A stretch of DNA of 64,000 nucleotides from Candidatus Poribacteria bacterium. GTDB lineage: Bacteria; Poribacteria; WGA-4E; UBA9662. A program made the position numbers and the translations under genes. The DNA lies in assembly GCA_036339735.1 (NCBI GenBank), contig JAYZAL010000077.1:32001-96000 (forward strand), read 5' to 3'. Below the pieces are notes generated by a model. That model saw only the letters and a list, made by a program, of their open reading frames with translations. It was not told where the DNA came from and did not search any database. Positions 38,595-48,716 of this stretch are shown piece by piece (position 1 is the stretch's first letter; each line of letters begins with the position of its first letter).

Positions 38595-40468
38595 GTCAAG
38601 ACTTCTCCTTGAGTTTCATTTATCGAACGAAAAAGGCTATTTTCAGTTTCTAATCCTGTTGCTAGGAGTTGCGAGAAGCGAGAGTTTGGATCATTAGCTA
38701 GTATTTGTCTTTGACCATGTTCTTGAATACGACCATCTTCTAAGATCATAATGTCATCGACTCTCTGGAGAGTACCCAATCGATGGGCTATTATAATACC
38801 TGTTCGATTAGCCAGCAGGCGTTGAACCGCAAAATCAACTCTCGCTTCTGTAGCTGGATCAAGCCGAGAAGACGGTTCATCTAAAACGACAATCGCTGGG
38901 TTTTTTAAGAAAATTCGGGTAAAAGCTAACAATTGGGCTTCACCCGCGGACAGACCTCCTCCACCAGCAGCCAAAACTGAATCAAGTCCGTTAGGTAATG
39001 ATTTATACCACTCTGTTAGACCAAGTTCTTCTATCACTGCTAGTAACTTACGGTCTTCAATTTGGTCATTGAATAAAGTCAGATTTTGACGAACTGTAGC
39101 ATTAAATAACTGTACGTTTTGTGTCACTAGACCGATATATCGACGCAAATCAGATACTTCTAACTGTTGAATAGATTTACCCGCGAGCCGAATTTGCCCC
39201 GAGTTAATATCATATAGACGGAATAAGAGCCTGCTAATAGTCGTTTTTCCACTACCAGTTCGACCTAGCAAACCTAAAATTTTGCCTTCTTCCAACTCAA
39301 ATGAAATATTATCCAAAACAATTTCGTCGGGTACGTAGCGGAATGTAACTTGTTCAAAAGAAATTGCTGGTCTAGTATCATGAGAAACATTACGAGACAA
39401 AGATTGAGAACCACTGATTAAACTAGACTTGGTTTGGAATAGCTCTTCGATTCGCTTCATACCTGCAGTAGCTCTTTGGAGTTCGTTAATTTGCTGACTA
39501 ATCATATAAAGTGGAAATTCAAGCTGTCGCATATAATCGAGAATTAGTACAACTGCCCCCAAAGTAAAAGTTCCTCTTGTAAAAAGCCAAATGCAAACAG
39601 CCATTGCTAGGGTTTGTCCCAGGGCGAAGAGTCCTCGAGTTAGAGAGCGAAGGCATTCACCAATTACATCAGAACGAACATTTAGCTGAAAAACCTCTTG
39701 CACCACTCGGAAGAAACGGTTCATAGTATAAGACACACCACCGTTGGTGCGAATATCTTCAATTCCGCTGAGCCGCTCCTCGATAAACCCAAACATCTTT
39801 GCATATCCCTCTCGTTCTGCTGCATAGATTGGTACGGCGACCGAACGGGTTAAATGAAAAACGAACATGGCAACAACGGTAAAAGTAATCATTGCAAGAC
39901 CGATTCTCCAATCTTCTCTCACAACGATCAACAAAATAAGTGTTAGCCGGAGGAGTCCACCAGCTACTTGTAGAATAAGGGCGGAAAAAAAACTGGCTAA
40001 AGTACTGGTATCTCCATCCACACGTTCGACCATCTCACCAGGCGTTTTTTGATTGTGAAAGCTCATATCCAGTGACAGGCAATGCTGCGCTAAATCACCT
40101 CGCATCTGGTTGGTAGTTTTCCAGGCTACGTCCTGGGCTAAGTAATTGTGGATTAGTCGAACCAGTTGCCCCAAAATACTAACAGCAATAAACAAAGAGG
40201 CTGCTATTATCAGTGGATCTTGTCCTAACACATTTGAGAGTGGAATTAAAAGTGGGCCTAAGGCATCTTTACTTTGATCTAGCTTGTTAGTAGCTGAGTC
40301 TATGAAAAATCGAATAATCTGGGGTGAGAGTAAAGGTAAGGTATTGCTTAGCCCCATAAAAAAGGCCAAACCAACTAGGTGCCATTTAAGTGGCCGGAGA
40401 TACTGTCTCAGTAGAGATGCGTATTCGCTGAAAGAAACACGTGCAATTTTTTGATCAGGAAGGTCCAA
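38591..40468 (-). CDS. ABC exporter, fused permease/ATPase subunit (heterodimer partner)
   Basis: GRTGSGKT, LSAGE, VLDE, IAHR. 4-nt overlap with the partner gene. Confidence 0.92.
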   Translation of the reverse strand: MDLPDQKIARVSFSEYASLLRQYLRPLKWHLVGLAFFMGLSNTLPLLSPQIIRFFIDSATNKLDQSKDALGPLLIPLSNVLGQDPLIIAASLFIAVSILGQLVRLIHNYLAQDVAWKTTNQMRGDLAQHCLSLDMSFHNQKTPGEMVERVDGDTSTLASFFSALILQVAGGLLRLTLILLIVVREDWRIGLAMITFTVVAMFVFHLTRSVAVPIYAAEREGYAKMFGFIEERLSGIEDIRTNGGVSYTMNRFFRVVQEVFQLNVRSDVIGECLRSLTRGLFALGQTLAMAVCIWLFTRGTFTLGAVVLILDYMRQLEFPLYMISQQINELQRATAGMKRIEELFQTKSSLISGSQSLSRNVSHDTRPAISFEQVTFRYVPDEIVLDNISFELEEGKILGLLGRTGSGKTTISRLLFRLYDINSGQIRLAGKSIQQLEVSDLRRYIGLVTQNVQLFNATVRQNLTLFNDQIEDRKLLAVIEELGLTEWYKSLPNGLDSVLAAGGGGLSAGEAQLLAFTRIFLKNPAIVVLDEPSSRLDPATEARVDFAVQRLLANRTGIIIAHRLGTLQRVDDIMILEDGRIQEHGQRQILANDPNSRFSQLLATGLETENSLFRSINETQGEVLT

Positions 40469-40472
40469 AATT

Positions 40473-41234
40473 TTAGTATAAAGTTATAAGGTTTTTTAGT
40501 GGGCTGGTAGGGTCTAAGAGTTGTTTTTTTTCATATTCGGGGCTGATCCATCTAGCACCAGATGGTCTGCCTGGATTTCGATAAGCATAAACCACAGTCC
40601 AACGAGTGATACTTGATTCTCGCCTAGGTGTTACGGCATGTGCGGCATGTGTCCAAACTAGGATCACAGTGCCTGGCAACACCGATAGCTGCTCAATAGA
40701 TAAGGGCTGACCGGTTATCGGGTGATGTTTATCTTCCATCCATCCGGTTTTGAGTTCTGAATCAGACCGTGCCTGAATTCGAGCATCACGAAAAAGATGG
40801 CTACCCGGCACAACTTTCAGTCCACCATCATCCACCTTAAATCCATTAACGTAAAAAAAAATGCGAACAAATCCCAAATTGGGATTATCTTCGGCGTAGC
40901 CGTGACTATGCCAACCGATGCCACTATTTCCGCCAGGGCGGTTGAGGCTAACACAATGATCATAACGAATTTCTTCACCTAAGACTTTCACTACTAAATC
41001 AAGCATTTGAGGATGCGTTATGATTCCTTCCAGATAGGAATCATATTCAGCTGAAAAACGGTTAGGCTCATGCCCCTTTATAGCATCTAAAGAGTGAATG
41101 TGTTCTAGGGATTGGGTTAATTTCTCTTGTGCTGAACTGGTCAGTAAGCCTGGATAAACTAAGTGGCCGTCGTTATCCATTTGCTCGCGCTCAGCTTCGG
41201 TAAATTGATAGGTGCGAAATAACTGGTGAGTCAA
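40473..41234 (-). CDS. PhyH-family Fe(II)/2OG enzyme, HxH variant
   Basis: DGGLKVVPGSH, proximal WHSH, distal HAV..R. Confidence 0.8.
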   Translation of the reverse strand: MTHQLFRTYQFTEAEREQMDNDGHLVYPGLLTSSAQEKLTQSLEHIHSLDAIKGHEPNRFSAEYDSYLEGIITHPQMLDLVVKVLGEEIRYDHCVSLNRPGGNSGIGWHSHGYAEDNPNLGFVRIFFYVNGFKVDDGGLKVVPGSHLFRDARIQARSDSELKTGWMEDKHHPITGQPLSIEQLSVLPGTVILVWTHAAHAVTPRRESSITRWTVVYAYRNPGRPSGARWISPEYEKKQLLDPTSPLKNLITLY

Positions 41235-41261
41235 AAATCTGCGCTGCCAAATAACCCGACT

Positions 41262-41289
41262 ATCATAACATGCTATCTGATTGTGTCAA
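41262..41289 (-). promoter_or_regulatory. Sigma-70-type promoter for the PhyH-ABC-ABC-speE run
   Basis: TTGACA-N16-TATGAT with extended -10 TG. Confidence 0.6.
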
Positions 41290-41323
41290 GTCAAAACCTA
41301 TGGTGTGCTCTTACCGTTCGTAT

Positions 41324-41833
41324 CTATTGTTCTTTTAAATCCTTGTGATAGCGTTCATCTTGAGCTTTAAGTCTTCGCTTGAAGGCTGTCATGTTTGTCC
41401 CTCGTTCTCCGGACCAACCGTCAGATATAGACCAAACCCAAATCAAAACCACCTGCAAAAAACCTGTAATCTTAATTATCCAATTAGGTTTATACATTAG
41501 TTTTTGCTCTTCGTGTTCAAATAGTTCTTGGTGTGGTTTTTGCTCAATGCCTTCGGCCGTCTGCTTCAATTTATCTAGATCAATGTTGAAACCTTCTTCG
41601 TTTTTTTGTGATTCTATTATTGTTTGAGCTTCGTCAAATCTTATTAAATCTCGCCAACTAGTCAATGGTAACGAATTCAGATACACTAATAGAGCTCCCA
41701 AACTCACACCCAAAAAATATAGAAACCCTTTGGCTGGTGTCCTAAGATAGACTTGGCCCAATCCAGGCAACAAAAGAGATAGGAAAGCCGCTAAAAAAGA
41801 ATTTGTTGGTTGTTTTTTTTTATGTAAAGCCAT
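41324..41833 (-). CDS. Hypothetical membrane protein
   Basis: 'AAFLSLLLPGLGQVY' and three hydrophobic segments. Confidence 0.7.
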   Translation of the reverse strand: MALHKKKQPTNSFLAAFLSLLLPGLGQVYLRTPAKGFLYFLGVSLGALLVYLNSLPLTSWRDLIRFDEAQTIIESQKNEEGFNIDLDKLKQTAEGIEQKPHQELFEHEEQKLMYKPNWIIKITGFLQVVLIWVWSISDGWSGERGTNMTAFKRRLKAQDERYHKDLKEQ

Positions 41834-41840
41834 ATTTTAA

Positions 41841-42218
41841 CTAATCTCCAAACTCTCCCCTCGAAACGAGGTAGACACCAATACAGATTACAAAGCCGCC
41901 CAAGACACGAAGTTTGGGTACATTTTCTTTGAAAATCAGCCAAGAAAACAATATTGTAAAAACGTAGCCCAAGCTTATCATTGGATAAGCTACACTCAAC
42001 TTAACACGAGATAGAATGACCAGCCAAATCAGTGTTGTTGAGCCATAGACACCGATACCACCAATAACGAATGGATTACTCAAGGCGTGAAATACCTTGG
42101 TAACGACTTCTGATAAGTCTCCTTCGATTTTTCCGACCTGATTCATTCCTTGTTTTAGTAGAAGTTGGCCAATTACCGAAAGGATAACATTACAAAATAT
42201 GAGAAAGAAATTCTTCAT
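41841..42218 (-). CDS. EamA/SMR-type small transporter (ArnE/ArnF-like flippase subunit)
   Basis: GQLLLKQG, LSRVKLSVAYP. Four TM helices; follows a GT2 gene. Confidence 0.8.
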   Translation of the reverse strand: MKNFFLIFCNVILSVIGQLLLKQGMNQVGKIEGDLSEVVTKVFHALSNPFVIGGIGVYGSTTLIWLVILSRVKLSVAYPMISLGYVFTILFSWLIFKENVPKLRVLGGFVICIGVYLVSRGEFGD

Positions 42219-42224
42219 TTTTAT

Positions 42225-43247
42225 CTAATCCTGACATTTGATAATTTCTTTAATGACATAGATTGGTTTGTTTTGCGATTCATAGTATGTTCGAACGAGT
42301 AATTCACCAATCAGACCAACAGATATAAGTTGGACACCTGTCAGTAGTAACAATACACCTAATACCAACATCGGCATTCGTTCGACCAAACTTGTTTCAG
42401 AAAATAAGAACGATAGCCACCCATGGCTAACTCCAGATGGAAATAGAAGTTTGCCAATTGATAAATATCCACATACGAAGAAGCCTACCAAAAAAGACAG
42501 CAAGCCTATCAAACCAAAACTTTGTATTGGCCGAGTAGAGTAGTTCATCAAAAACTTAATCATAATTAGGTCTAAGAGCACACGTATTGTACGAGAAATA
42601 CCGTATTTTGATTGACCTCTGGTACGTGGGTGGTGTTCGACTTGTATTTCAGTAATTTTAGCTCCAATCTGATGACCTAAAACTGGAATAAATCGATGCA
42701 GTTCACCATATAGATTGATATTTTCAATTACTTCACGTCGATAGGCTTTGAGAGTACAGCCCAAATCATGTAATTTGACACCTGTCATTTTTGCAATCAG
42801 CCGATTGGCTAAAATAGAGGGGAGTCTTCGTAAAATGAAACCATCTCTTCGTTTAGATCGCCAACCACTGACTATATCGTAGCCTTCATCTAGTTTGTCT
42901 AGTAAACGGCCGATGTCATTTGGGTCATTTTGTAGATCAGCATCGATCGGGATAATCACAGCGCCTTCAGCCAAATCGAAACCAGCACTCATAGCCGCAG
43001 TTTGACCGAAATTACGACGAAACCGTACTACTTGAACTTTGGGGTCATTTAACGATATCTGCTTCAGGATATCAAAACTTTGATCTGTGCTACCATCATC
43101 GACGAAAATAATCTGGTAGCTCTTTTTTAGTTTCTCTAAAGACCTGTCAAGCTTTTGGTAAAGTTCAGGCAGGTTCTCAGCTTCGTTTAATAAAGGAACA
43201 ACAATTGAAATTTCCAGTTTAGCTGTTTGTGTGATCTCAGTTGACAT
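42225..43247 (-). CDS. GT2 glycosyltransferase (ArnC/GtrB-like polyprenol-phosphate transferase)
   Basis: VDDGSTD, RNFGQTAA, DADLQNDP, two C-terminal TM helices. Confidence 0.9.
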   Translation of the reverse strand: MSTEITQTAKLEISIVVPLLNEAENLPELYQKLDRSLEKLKKSYQIIFVDDGSTDQSFDILKQISLNDPKVQVVRFRRNFGQTAAMSAGFDLAEGAVIIPIDADLQNDPNDIGRLLDKLDEGYDIVSGWRSKRRDGFILRRLPSILANRLIAKMTGVKLHDLGCTLKAYRREVIENINLYGELHRFIPVLGHQIGAKITEIQVEHHPRTRGQSKYGISRTIRVLLDLIMIKFLMNYSTRPIQSFGLIGLLSFLVGFFVCGYLSIGKLLFPSGVSHGWLSFLFSETSLVERMPMLVLGVLLLLTGVQLISVGLIGELLVRTYYESQNKPIYVIKEIIKCQD

Positions 43248-43294
43248 TAGTGTTTTGCATATTATAGAATAAAAAAAATAGCGGAGCGTGAAAT

Positions 43295-43624
43295 ATGGTC
43301 GTGGTTACAGAATCAGCGGCTAAGAAAGCTGTAATTTTAATGGAAAATGAACGGCCCGAATCAGATAAAGAATTTGGGTTGCGTATGAAAGTAATCGGCG
43401 GTGGATGTTCCGGTTTTCAATACGAACTCGGTTTTGATGAACAACGCAATGGCGACCGTGTAATCGATAAAGACGGATTAAAAGTATTTGTCGATCCACG
43501 AAGCATCCTGTACTTGGCCGGATCGACATTAGACTACAAGGACGGTTTGATGGAATCTGGATTCAAAATTGAAAATCCCAATGCCAACTCCACTTGTGGT
43601 TGTGGCGAATCTTTTAGCGTTTAA
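43295..43624 (+). CDS. A-type Fe-S cluster carrier (IscA/ErpA/HesB family)
   Basis: GGGCSGFQY, TCGCGESF. Confidence 0.95.
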   Translation: MVVVTESAAKKAVILMENERPESDKEFGLRMKVIGGGCSGFQYELGFDEQRNGDRVIDKDGLKVFVDPRSILYLAGSTLDYKDGLMESGFKIENPNANSTCGCGESFSV

Positions 43625-43941
43625 CCTACATTTTCTCTAACCCAGTTTAGGTAATCCACATTTCCACTGATTATTGGTAATACCGTTACCTCGCAAACAT
43701 CGTAGCTGTGTAACCGGCGGATGGTCTCTGTCAAGGACCCGACCATTTGCCGGGTGGTTTTTATGATCAGCTTGGACTCAGTTGCTGATTCGATGGCCTC
43801 CTGCCATCGATAAACCGAGTGTACCGTTGGTATAATGTTGACGCAGGCGGCCAACTTCTCTTCTACGACTTTTTCGGCAATCTTTTTGGCCTCTGCTAGG
43901 TCACTAGTGGCCACGAAGGCGACCACGCAGTCTGATACCAT
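43621..43941 (-). CDS. cutA: Divalent-cation tolerance protein CutA
   Basis: EKLAACVNI, SVYRWQ, HSYDV. Confidence 0.93.
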   Translation of the reverse strand: MVSDCVVAFVATSDLAEAKKIAEKVVEEKLAACVNIIPTVHSVYRWQEAIESATESKLIIKTTRQMVGSLTETIRRLHSYDVCEVTVLPIISGNVDYLNWVRENVG

Positions 43942-43964
43942 TCTCTTTTTCCTTTCTGCTGTTT

Positions 43965-45164
43965 TTAAATGGTTAATCGAATATAAAACTTATTTTGCCC
44001 ATAGCACAAATCAACTCGGACTAATAGTAATTGTCGATCAATCCATGTCACCGACAAAGCATCTGTCTCCATGAGTCTCAAACCAATATGATCTCCCCAA
44101 ATTGCAAAACCGAATGGCATATTTTTGGCCGACTCAATTTCAATACTCATCCTCAATTCTAATCGACTACGCGAAGATTTGAAATCAATAATTGGTGGGA
44201 TTTCGGATTCTTTTCCATCAAGTGAGCCAATTGGCGGTGAAATATAGTTATAGATTTCAACTGGCTCGGTTTGGCTAGAATCAAAGACTAACTGACAATT
44301 ATCATCGTAGTAAAATAATCTAGATTGGTCTAAAAAGCAAGTCGGTGGAGTAACAGTGGGGTTGGTAGTTCGAAAATCATCGACTAAATGCCCTAGGGGT
44401 TGGATATTGATAATTTCTTTCTGACTCAGACGAGCCAGAAATTCAGTCAAGAGATCCAACTGAGTGCCAACGCAATTGGCTAATCGTGTTACATCAGCTG
44501 TAAAAATCAGACTTGGGTTGGTATTAAGTTGATGATGAAAATTGAGATTATACAAGTGACGATCTAAATATTCATGGCAACGACCTTCGAGAACCATTTC
44601 TACTAAGCAGTCAGTGGTTGGTATGCCGACTACTGATCGATGAGGTTGATTCGCAAAATTGTGTCGTTCTTCTGAAGGATAAAAAAAGTCAAATGGACAG
44701 CCCATGTCCTTTCCACCTGCGTGATAGCCAGCGAGAGCATAAAACCCTGTACTTTCTAGTGCTTCAACTAAAATATGATTAATCGTTCCAGTTGTACTAG
44801 CGGTGTGAAGATTACCATCAGGAAAAACTTTTTGCAGTCGGTCCTTCTCTTTGGAAATATGGGTGAGTAGTTTGTTCCTAGAGGTAACAATCTGGTCTGC
44901 TCGGTTTAGATCAACTTTATCCAAGTGGTTTGTATCAATAGCCAACACAATATCATCATTGAACTCAGTACGATAATTTGTTAGTTCTTTTTTGTAGGAA
45001 TTAGCCAAAGTAGGCAAAAGTGCCCAGGATATCGGCAACTCACATTGATGGGCTATACTAGCCAGTAAATGTATTCCTTCCCGTGCTGATTTTTTATCAT
45101 TTGCTGTTTCTTGATTCAAATGTACAATCAAGGCACAATTTAGCCGAGGTGTAGTTTCAGACAT
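43965..45164 (-). CDS. Hypothetical protein (possibly polysaccharide deacetylase-like/DUF3863-like)
   Basis: Long ORF in operon context. 'PISWAL' and 'GCPFDFFYPS' give only a weak family resemblance. Confidence 0.55.
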   Translation of the reverse strand: MSETTPRLNCALIVHLNQETANDKKSAREGIHLLASIAHQCELPISWALLPTLANSYKKELTNYRTEFNDDIVLAIDTNHLDKVDLNRADQIVTSRNKLLTHISKEKDRLQKVFPDGNLHTASTTGTINHILVEALESTGFYALAGYHAGGKDMGCPFDFFYPSEERHNFANQPHRSVVGIPTTDCLVEMVLEGRCHEYLDRHLYNLNFHHQLNTNPSLIFTADVTRLANCVGTQLDLLTEFLARLSQKEIINIQPLGHLVDDFRTTNPTVTPPTCFLDQSRLFYYDDNCQLVFDSSQTEPVEIYNYISPPIGSLDGKESEIPPIIDFKSSRSRLELRMSIEIESAKNMPFGFAIWGDHIGLRLMETDALSVTWIDRQLLLVRVDLCYGQNKFYIRLTI

Positions 45165-45178
45165 CTATTTCTGTACCT

Positions 45179-46189
45179 TCAGGATTGACTGCTTAGGTAC
45201 TGAGACAAGTGGATTGTAGTGCCATTCTGCCGAGCTGATTCCCATCCGGCCAAAACAGGAGCAAGAGAAAGGATTCCATCAGAGTAGTCGCTCATCAATT
45301 TTTGGGGCTGTTCAGTAGCAACCGCTGAAATAAAGGCTTGATCTTGAGCCAACCAAGGGTCAAAATCGCTTGCAGTATAAATGGTTTCCCGGTTTACTTC
45401 AATTCGATCATAACCATAAACTGATAGATACCCCCCCTCGAAAAAGATACGGAATCTGGGAACATCAGCCGGTGATTGTGGTGTAGTTGATAGAAATGTT
45501 GATGTCATGGTAGCACCAGTAGAAAATAGGTAATGGAATGAGCAAGATAGAGGCGTTTGGTACTTATTATCCATATGATAAAACGCTTGAGCTGAAACTA
45601 TATCCAAGTCAGTCATAAACCTCATATAGTCAACGGCATGACATCCCCAGTCGAAGGCAGAAAATCCACCTTTTTCATAATTGGCCTGCCAACTATCGTT
45701 ATTATGATGTTGTAAGCGAGGTAAACCACCAAAACTACTAAATTGAGAATGTACAATCTTCTTGTCGGACAAAAAGGACCTAGCGTGCTGATAGATCGGA
45801 CGATAACGTTCCCGAAAACCAACAGTACTAATTACGCCTGACTCAATGATTGCGTGATCAATTCGTTGCGCTAAACTGAGGTCTATAGCTTGTGGTTTTT
45901 CACTAAAAAGGTGCTTCCCTTGTTTTGCGGCGGTAATTTCGACATCTGTACGTGCATATGCAGGCACAATAGAATACAGCGCATCGAAGTCTACTTCCGT
46001 TAACATTCGATGACCATCGGTGAAAACATGGGGAATTTGAAAGGTTTCAGCCGTTGATTTAGCTAATGTCAAGTTGATATCACAGACAGCTACTACTTCA
46101 GCCAACTCAATTTGCATTAAGTTGGGCAAATGCGTTTTGTTAGCGAAATCACCGGTTCCATAAATGGCTACTTTGACTTTTCGACTCAT
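45179..46189 (-). CDS. Gfo/Idh/MocA family oxidoreductase
   Basis: YGTGDFA, SEKP, DWGCHAVD. Confidence 0.9.
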   Translation of the reverse strand: MSRKVKVAIYGTGDFANKTHLPNLMQIELAEVVAVCDINLTLAKSTAETFQIPHVFTDGHRMLTEVDFDALYSIVPAYARTDVEITAAKQGKHLFSEKPQAIDLSLAQRIDHAIIESGVISTVGFRERYRPIYQHARSFLSDKKIVHSQFSSFGGLPRLQHHNNDSWQANYEKGGFSAFDWGCHAVDYMRFMTDLDIVSAQAFYHMDNKYQTPLSCSFHYLFSTGATMTSTFLSTTPQSPADVPRFRIFFEGGYLSVYGYDRIEVNRETIYTASDFDPWLAQDQAFISAVATEQPQKLMSDYSDGILSLAPVLAGWESARQNGTTIHLSQYLSSQS

Positions 46190-46201
46190 TAGTCTTAAAA
46201 C

Positions 46202-48622
46202 TCACCAATCAAATGTTTTTTGCCAGCTGTTTTTGAGATCAATAATTTCTGATTTCAGAATGGTTCTACCTGTAATACCTTTAATTATCAAAGTCGGTTG
46301 CTCAGTCGTATGTCCAATTAAACCATTAGGAATTCCCTCAAGCAAACGCTCGAACTGGTCCTTTTTGTCAGGGGTAATCTCAATCACAAACCGACTATTA
46401 GATTCAGAAAATAGAATATTATCGTCTCGGTTAAGATCTGCTGAGCGTGGCAGTGAAGACATATCCAAATTCATACCGAAGCCACCTGAAAATGCCATTT
46501 CAGCAACAGTCACACCTATACCACCTTCGGAGCAATCGTGGCAAGCCACGACCATCCCTTGGTTAATAGCGTGACAAACAGACTCCATCACTGACTTACC
46601 TTCCGCTGTCCTAACAATAGGAACATTTTCTCCCAGTAATTCTTGTAAACTAAGATAGTGAGACCCACCCATTTCATCATAAGTTTTCCCGACGACATAG
46701 ATCAAATTCCCGGCGGATTTAGCATCCATTGTCACTGCTTTGCGAATATCGTCGATAACTGTAATGGCACTGATCAATAGTGTTCCTGGAATTGCCATTT
46801 GTTCGCCAGTTTCATTGTTACGATACTCATTATAAAGGCTATCTTTACCGGAAATAAAAGGAGTGCGGTAAGCTATGGCGATATCGTGACAAGCCTGAGC
46901 AGCTCGCACTAAACCGCCCAGCCGATCTGGTTTATCCGGGTTACCCCAGCTAAAGTTATCCAGGAGGGCGATTCTGTCGAAATTTCCACCAACAGCCACT
47001 GCATTCCGTATAGCTTCATCAATAGCAGAGGCTGCCATGTGGTAGGGGTCAAGGTCACCATATTTGGGATTAATACCATTTGCGACTACTACACCTTTTG
47101 ATTGACCTAGTACAGGAACAGTTATACAGGCGTCGCTGGGACCATCGTTAGTTTTTCCAACTAGTGGCTTGACAATCAATCCACCTTGAACTTCGTGGTC
47201 ATACTGCCGAATAACCCACTCTTTACTTGCAACATTGGGACTGGATAAAATTTTGTGTAAGCTGTTAGTCAGATCAATGGGTTCGTTAAGTTGGGGCGTC
47301 TGAAGATTATCAGGCCGTCGCCAAATTGCTTTCTTAGTAATTCTTGGAACACCATTATGAAGAAAATCCATTTCTAGGTCTGCCACCAATTGGTCGTCAT
47401 AGTAGACCTGCAGTTTTTTGCTGTCTGTGAATGTACCAAGGACAGTAGCCTCAACAGATTCCGAATCACAAATCGCTAAAAGTGAAGGTAAATTTGGGGG
47501 GGGGACAGCAATAACCATCCTTTCTTGCGCTTCCGACAACCATATTTCCCAGGGCTCTAGACCATCATATTTAAGAGGGACCTTTTCTAAATGAACTTCA
47601 GCCCCGGTATCTTGCCCCATTTCTCCGACAGCTGAAGAAAATCCCCCAGCTCCACAATCGGTAATAAAGCTGTATAAATCTGCATCGCGCGCTTTCATCA
47701 AAGCATCAGTAATTTTTTTCTCCACTATCGGATTACCGATTTGCACCACGCTACCCAAATTTTCTGAGGTCTCATCTAATTCTAGTGACGAAAAAGTTGC
47801 ACCATGAATTCCATCACGGCCAGTGCGTCCTCCAAGAGCAACAATCAAGTCTCCCGGTGAAATCTGTTTTTCGCAACGATTCTTGGGAATAAGACCAACA
47901 TTACCACAATATACTAGGGGGTTACTGCTATAACGAGTGTCAAATAAAATAGCCCCGTTAGCTGTGGGAATACCCATCCGATTACCGTAATCCCGGACCC
48001 CAGCCACGACGCCTTTAAAGACACGTTTGGGGTGTAAAGTACCTTTTGGTAAGCTTTCTGGATCAGCTGACGGGAAGCCAAAACAGAAAACATTGGTATT
48101 GAGGATTGGCTTGGCCCCCAATCCAGTACCTAGAGAATCACGAATTACCCCGCCAATGCCAGTACCAGCGCCACCATACGGTTCGATAGCTGATGGGTGG
48201 TTATGAGTTTCAACCTTAAAAACAATATTGTAATTATCATCAAAAGCAATAATGCCAGCATTATCGACAAACACAGAAACACACCAGTCTCGGTCGAGTT
48301 TATTGGTTGCTTCGGCAATGGTGGTTTTGAGAAGGCCATCGATTATTACTGGTGCTTGGTCGTTTTCAATGTACTCTATAATGCCACGGAAGGTTTTATG
48401 TACACAGTGCTCTGACCAAGTCTGGGCTAATGTTTCTAATTCTACATCGGTCGGATCTCTGTCTTGACGCCGAAAATAATCTTGGATTGCCTGCATTTCG
48501 GTTAAATTGAGAGATAATAAGCCTTGTCGGCTAATTTCTTCCAATTCAGTGTCGCTAGCGAGGCAAATAGGTACAGTTTCTAAGTTCATACGGTTTTCTA
48601 ATAACTTTTGGATATAGGCCAT
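46202..48622 (-). CDS. purL: Phosphoribosylformylglycinamidine synthase subunit PurL
   Basis: QTWSEHCVHK, KVETHNHPSAIEP, DCGAGG, WLSEAQERM, ISGKDS. Confidence 0.96.
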   Translation of the reverse strand: MAYIQKLLENRMNLETVPICLASDTELEEISRQGLLSLNLTEMQAIQDYFRRQDRDPTDVELETLAQTWSEHCVHKTFRGIIEYIENDQAPVIIDGLLKTTIAEATNKLDRDWCVSVFVDNAGIIAFDDNYNIVFKVETHNHPSAIEPYGGAGTGIGGVIRDSLGTGLGAKPILNTNVFCFGFPSADPESLPKGTLHPKRVFKGVVAGVRDYGNRMGIPTANGAILFDTRYSSNPLVYCGNVGLIPKNRCEKQISPGDLIVALGGRTGRDGIHGATFSSLELDETSENLGSVVQIGNPIVEKKITDALMKARDADLYSFITDCGAGGFSSAVGEMGQDTGAEVHLEKVPLKYDGLEPWEIWLSEAQERMVIAVPPPNLPSLLAICDSESVEATVLGTFTDSKKLQVYYDDQLVADLEMDFLHNGVPRITKKAIWRRPDNLQTPQLNEPIDLTNSLHKILSSPNVASKEWVIRQYDHEVQGGLIVKPLVGKTNDGPSDACITVPVLGQSKGVVVANGINPKYGDLDPYHMAASAIDEAIRNAVAVGGNFDRIALLDNFSWGNPDKPDRLGGLVRAAQACHDIAIAYRTPFISGKDSLYNEYRNNETGEQMAIPGTLLISAITVIDDIRKAVTMDAKSAGNLIYVVGKTYDEMGGSHYLSLQELLGENVPIVRTAEGKSVMESVCHAINQGMVVACHDCSEGGIGVTVAEMAFSGGFGMNLDMSSLPRSADLNRDDNILFSESNSRFVIEITPDKKDQFERLLEGIPNGLIGHTTEQPTLIIKGITGRTILKSEIIDLKNSWQKTFDW

Positions 48623-48716
48623 GCATTGGGGTTAACCCCAACAACGATGTAACAAACTGAAGGGCAACAAGTATACCATACAGAGTTGATGTCTACATGT
48701 TGAACCCGACAAAACT

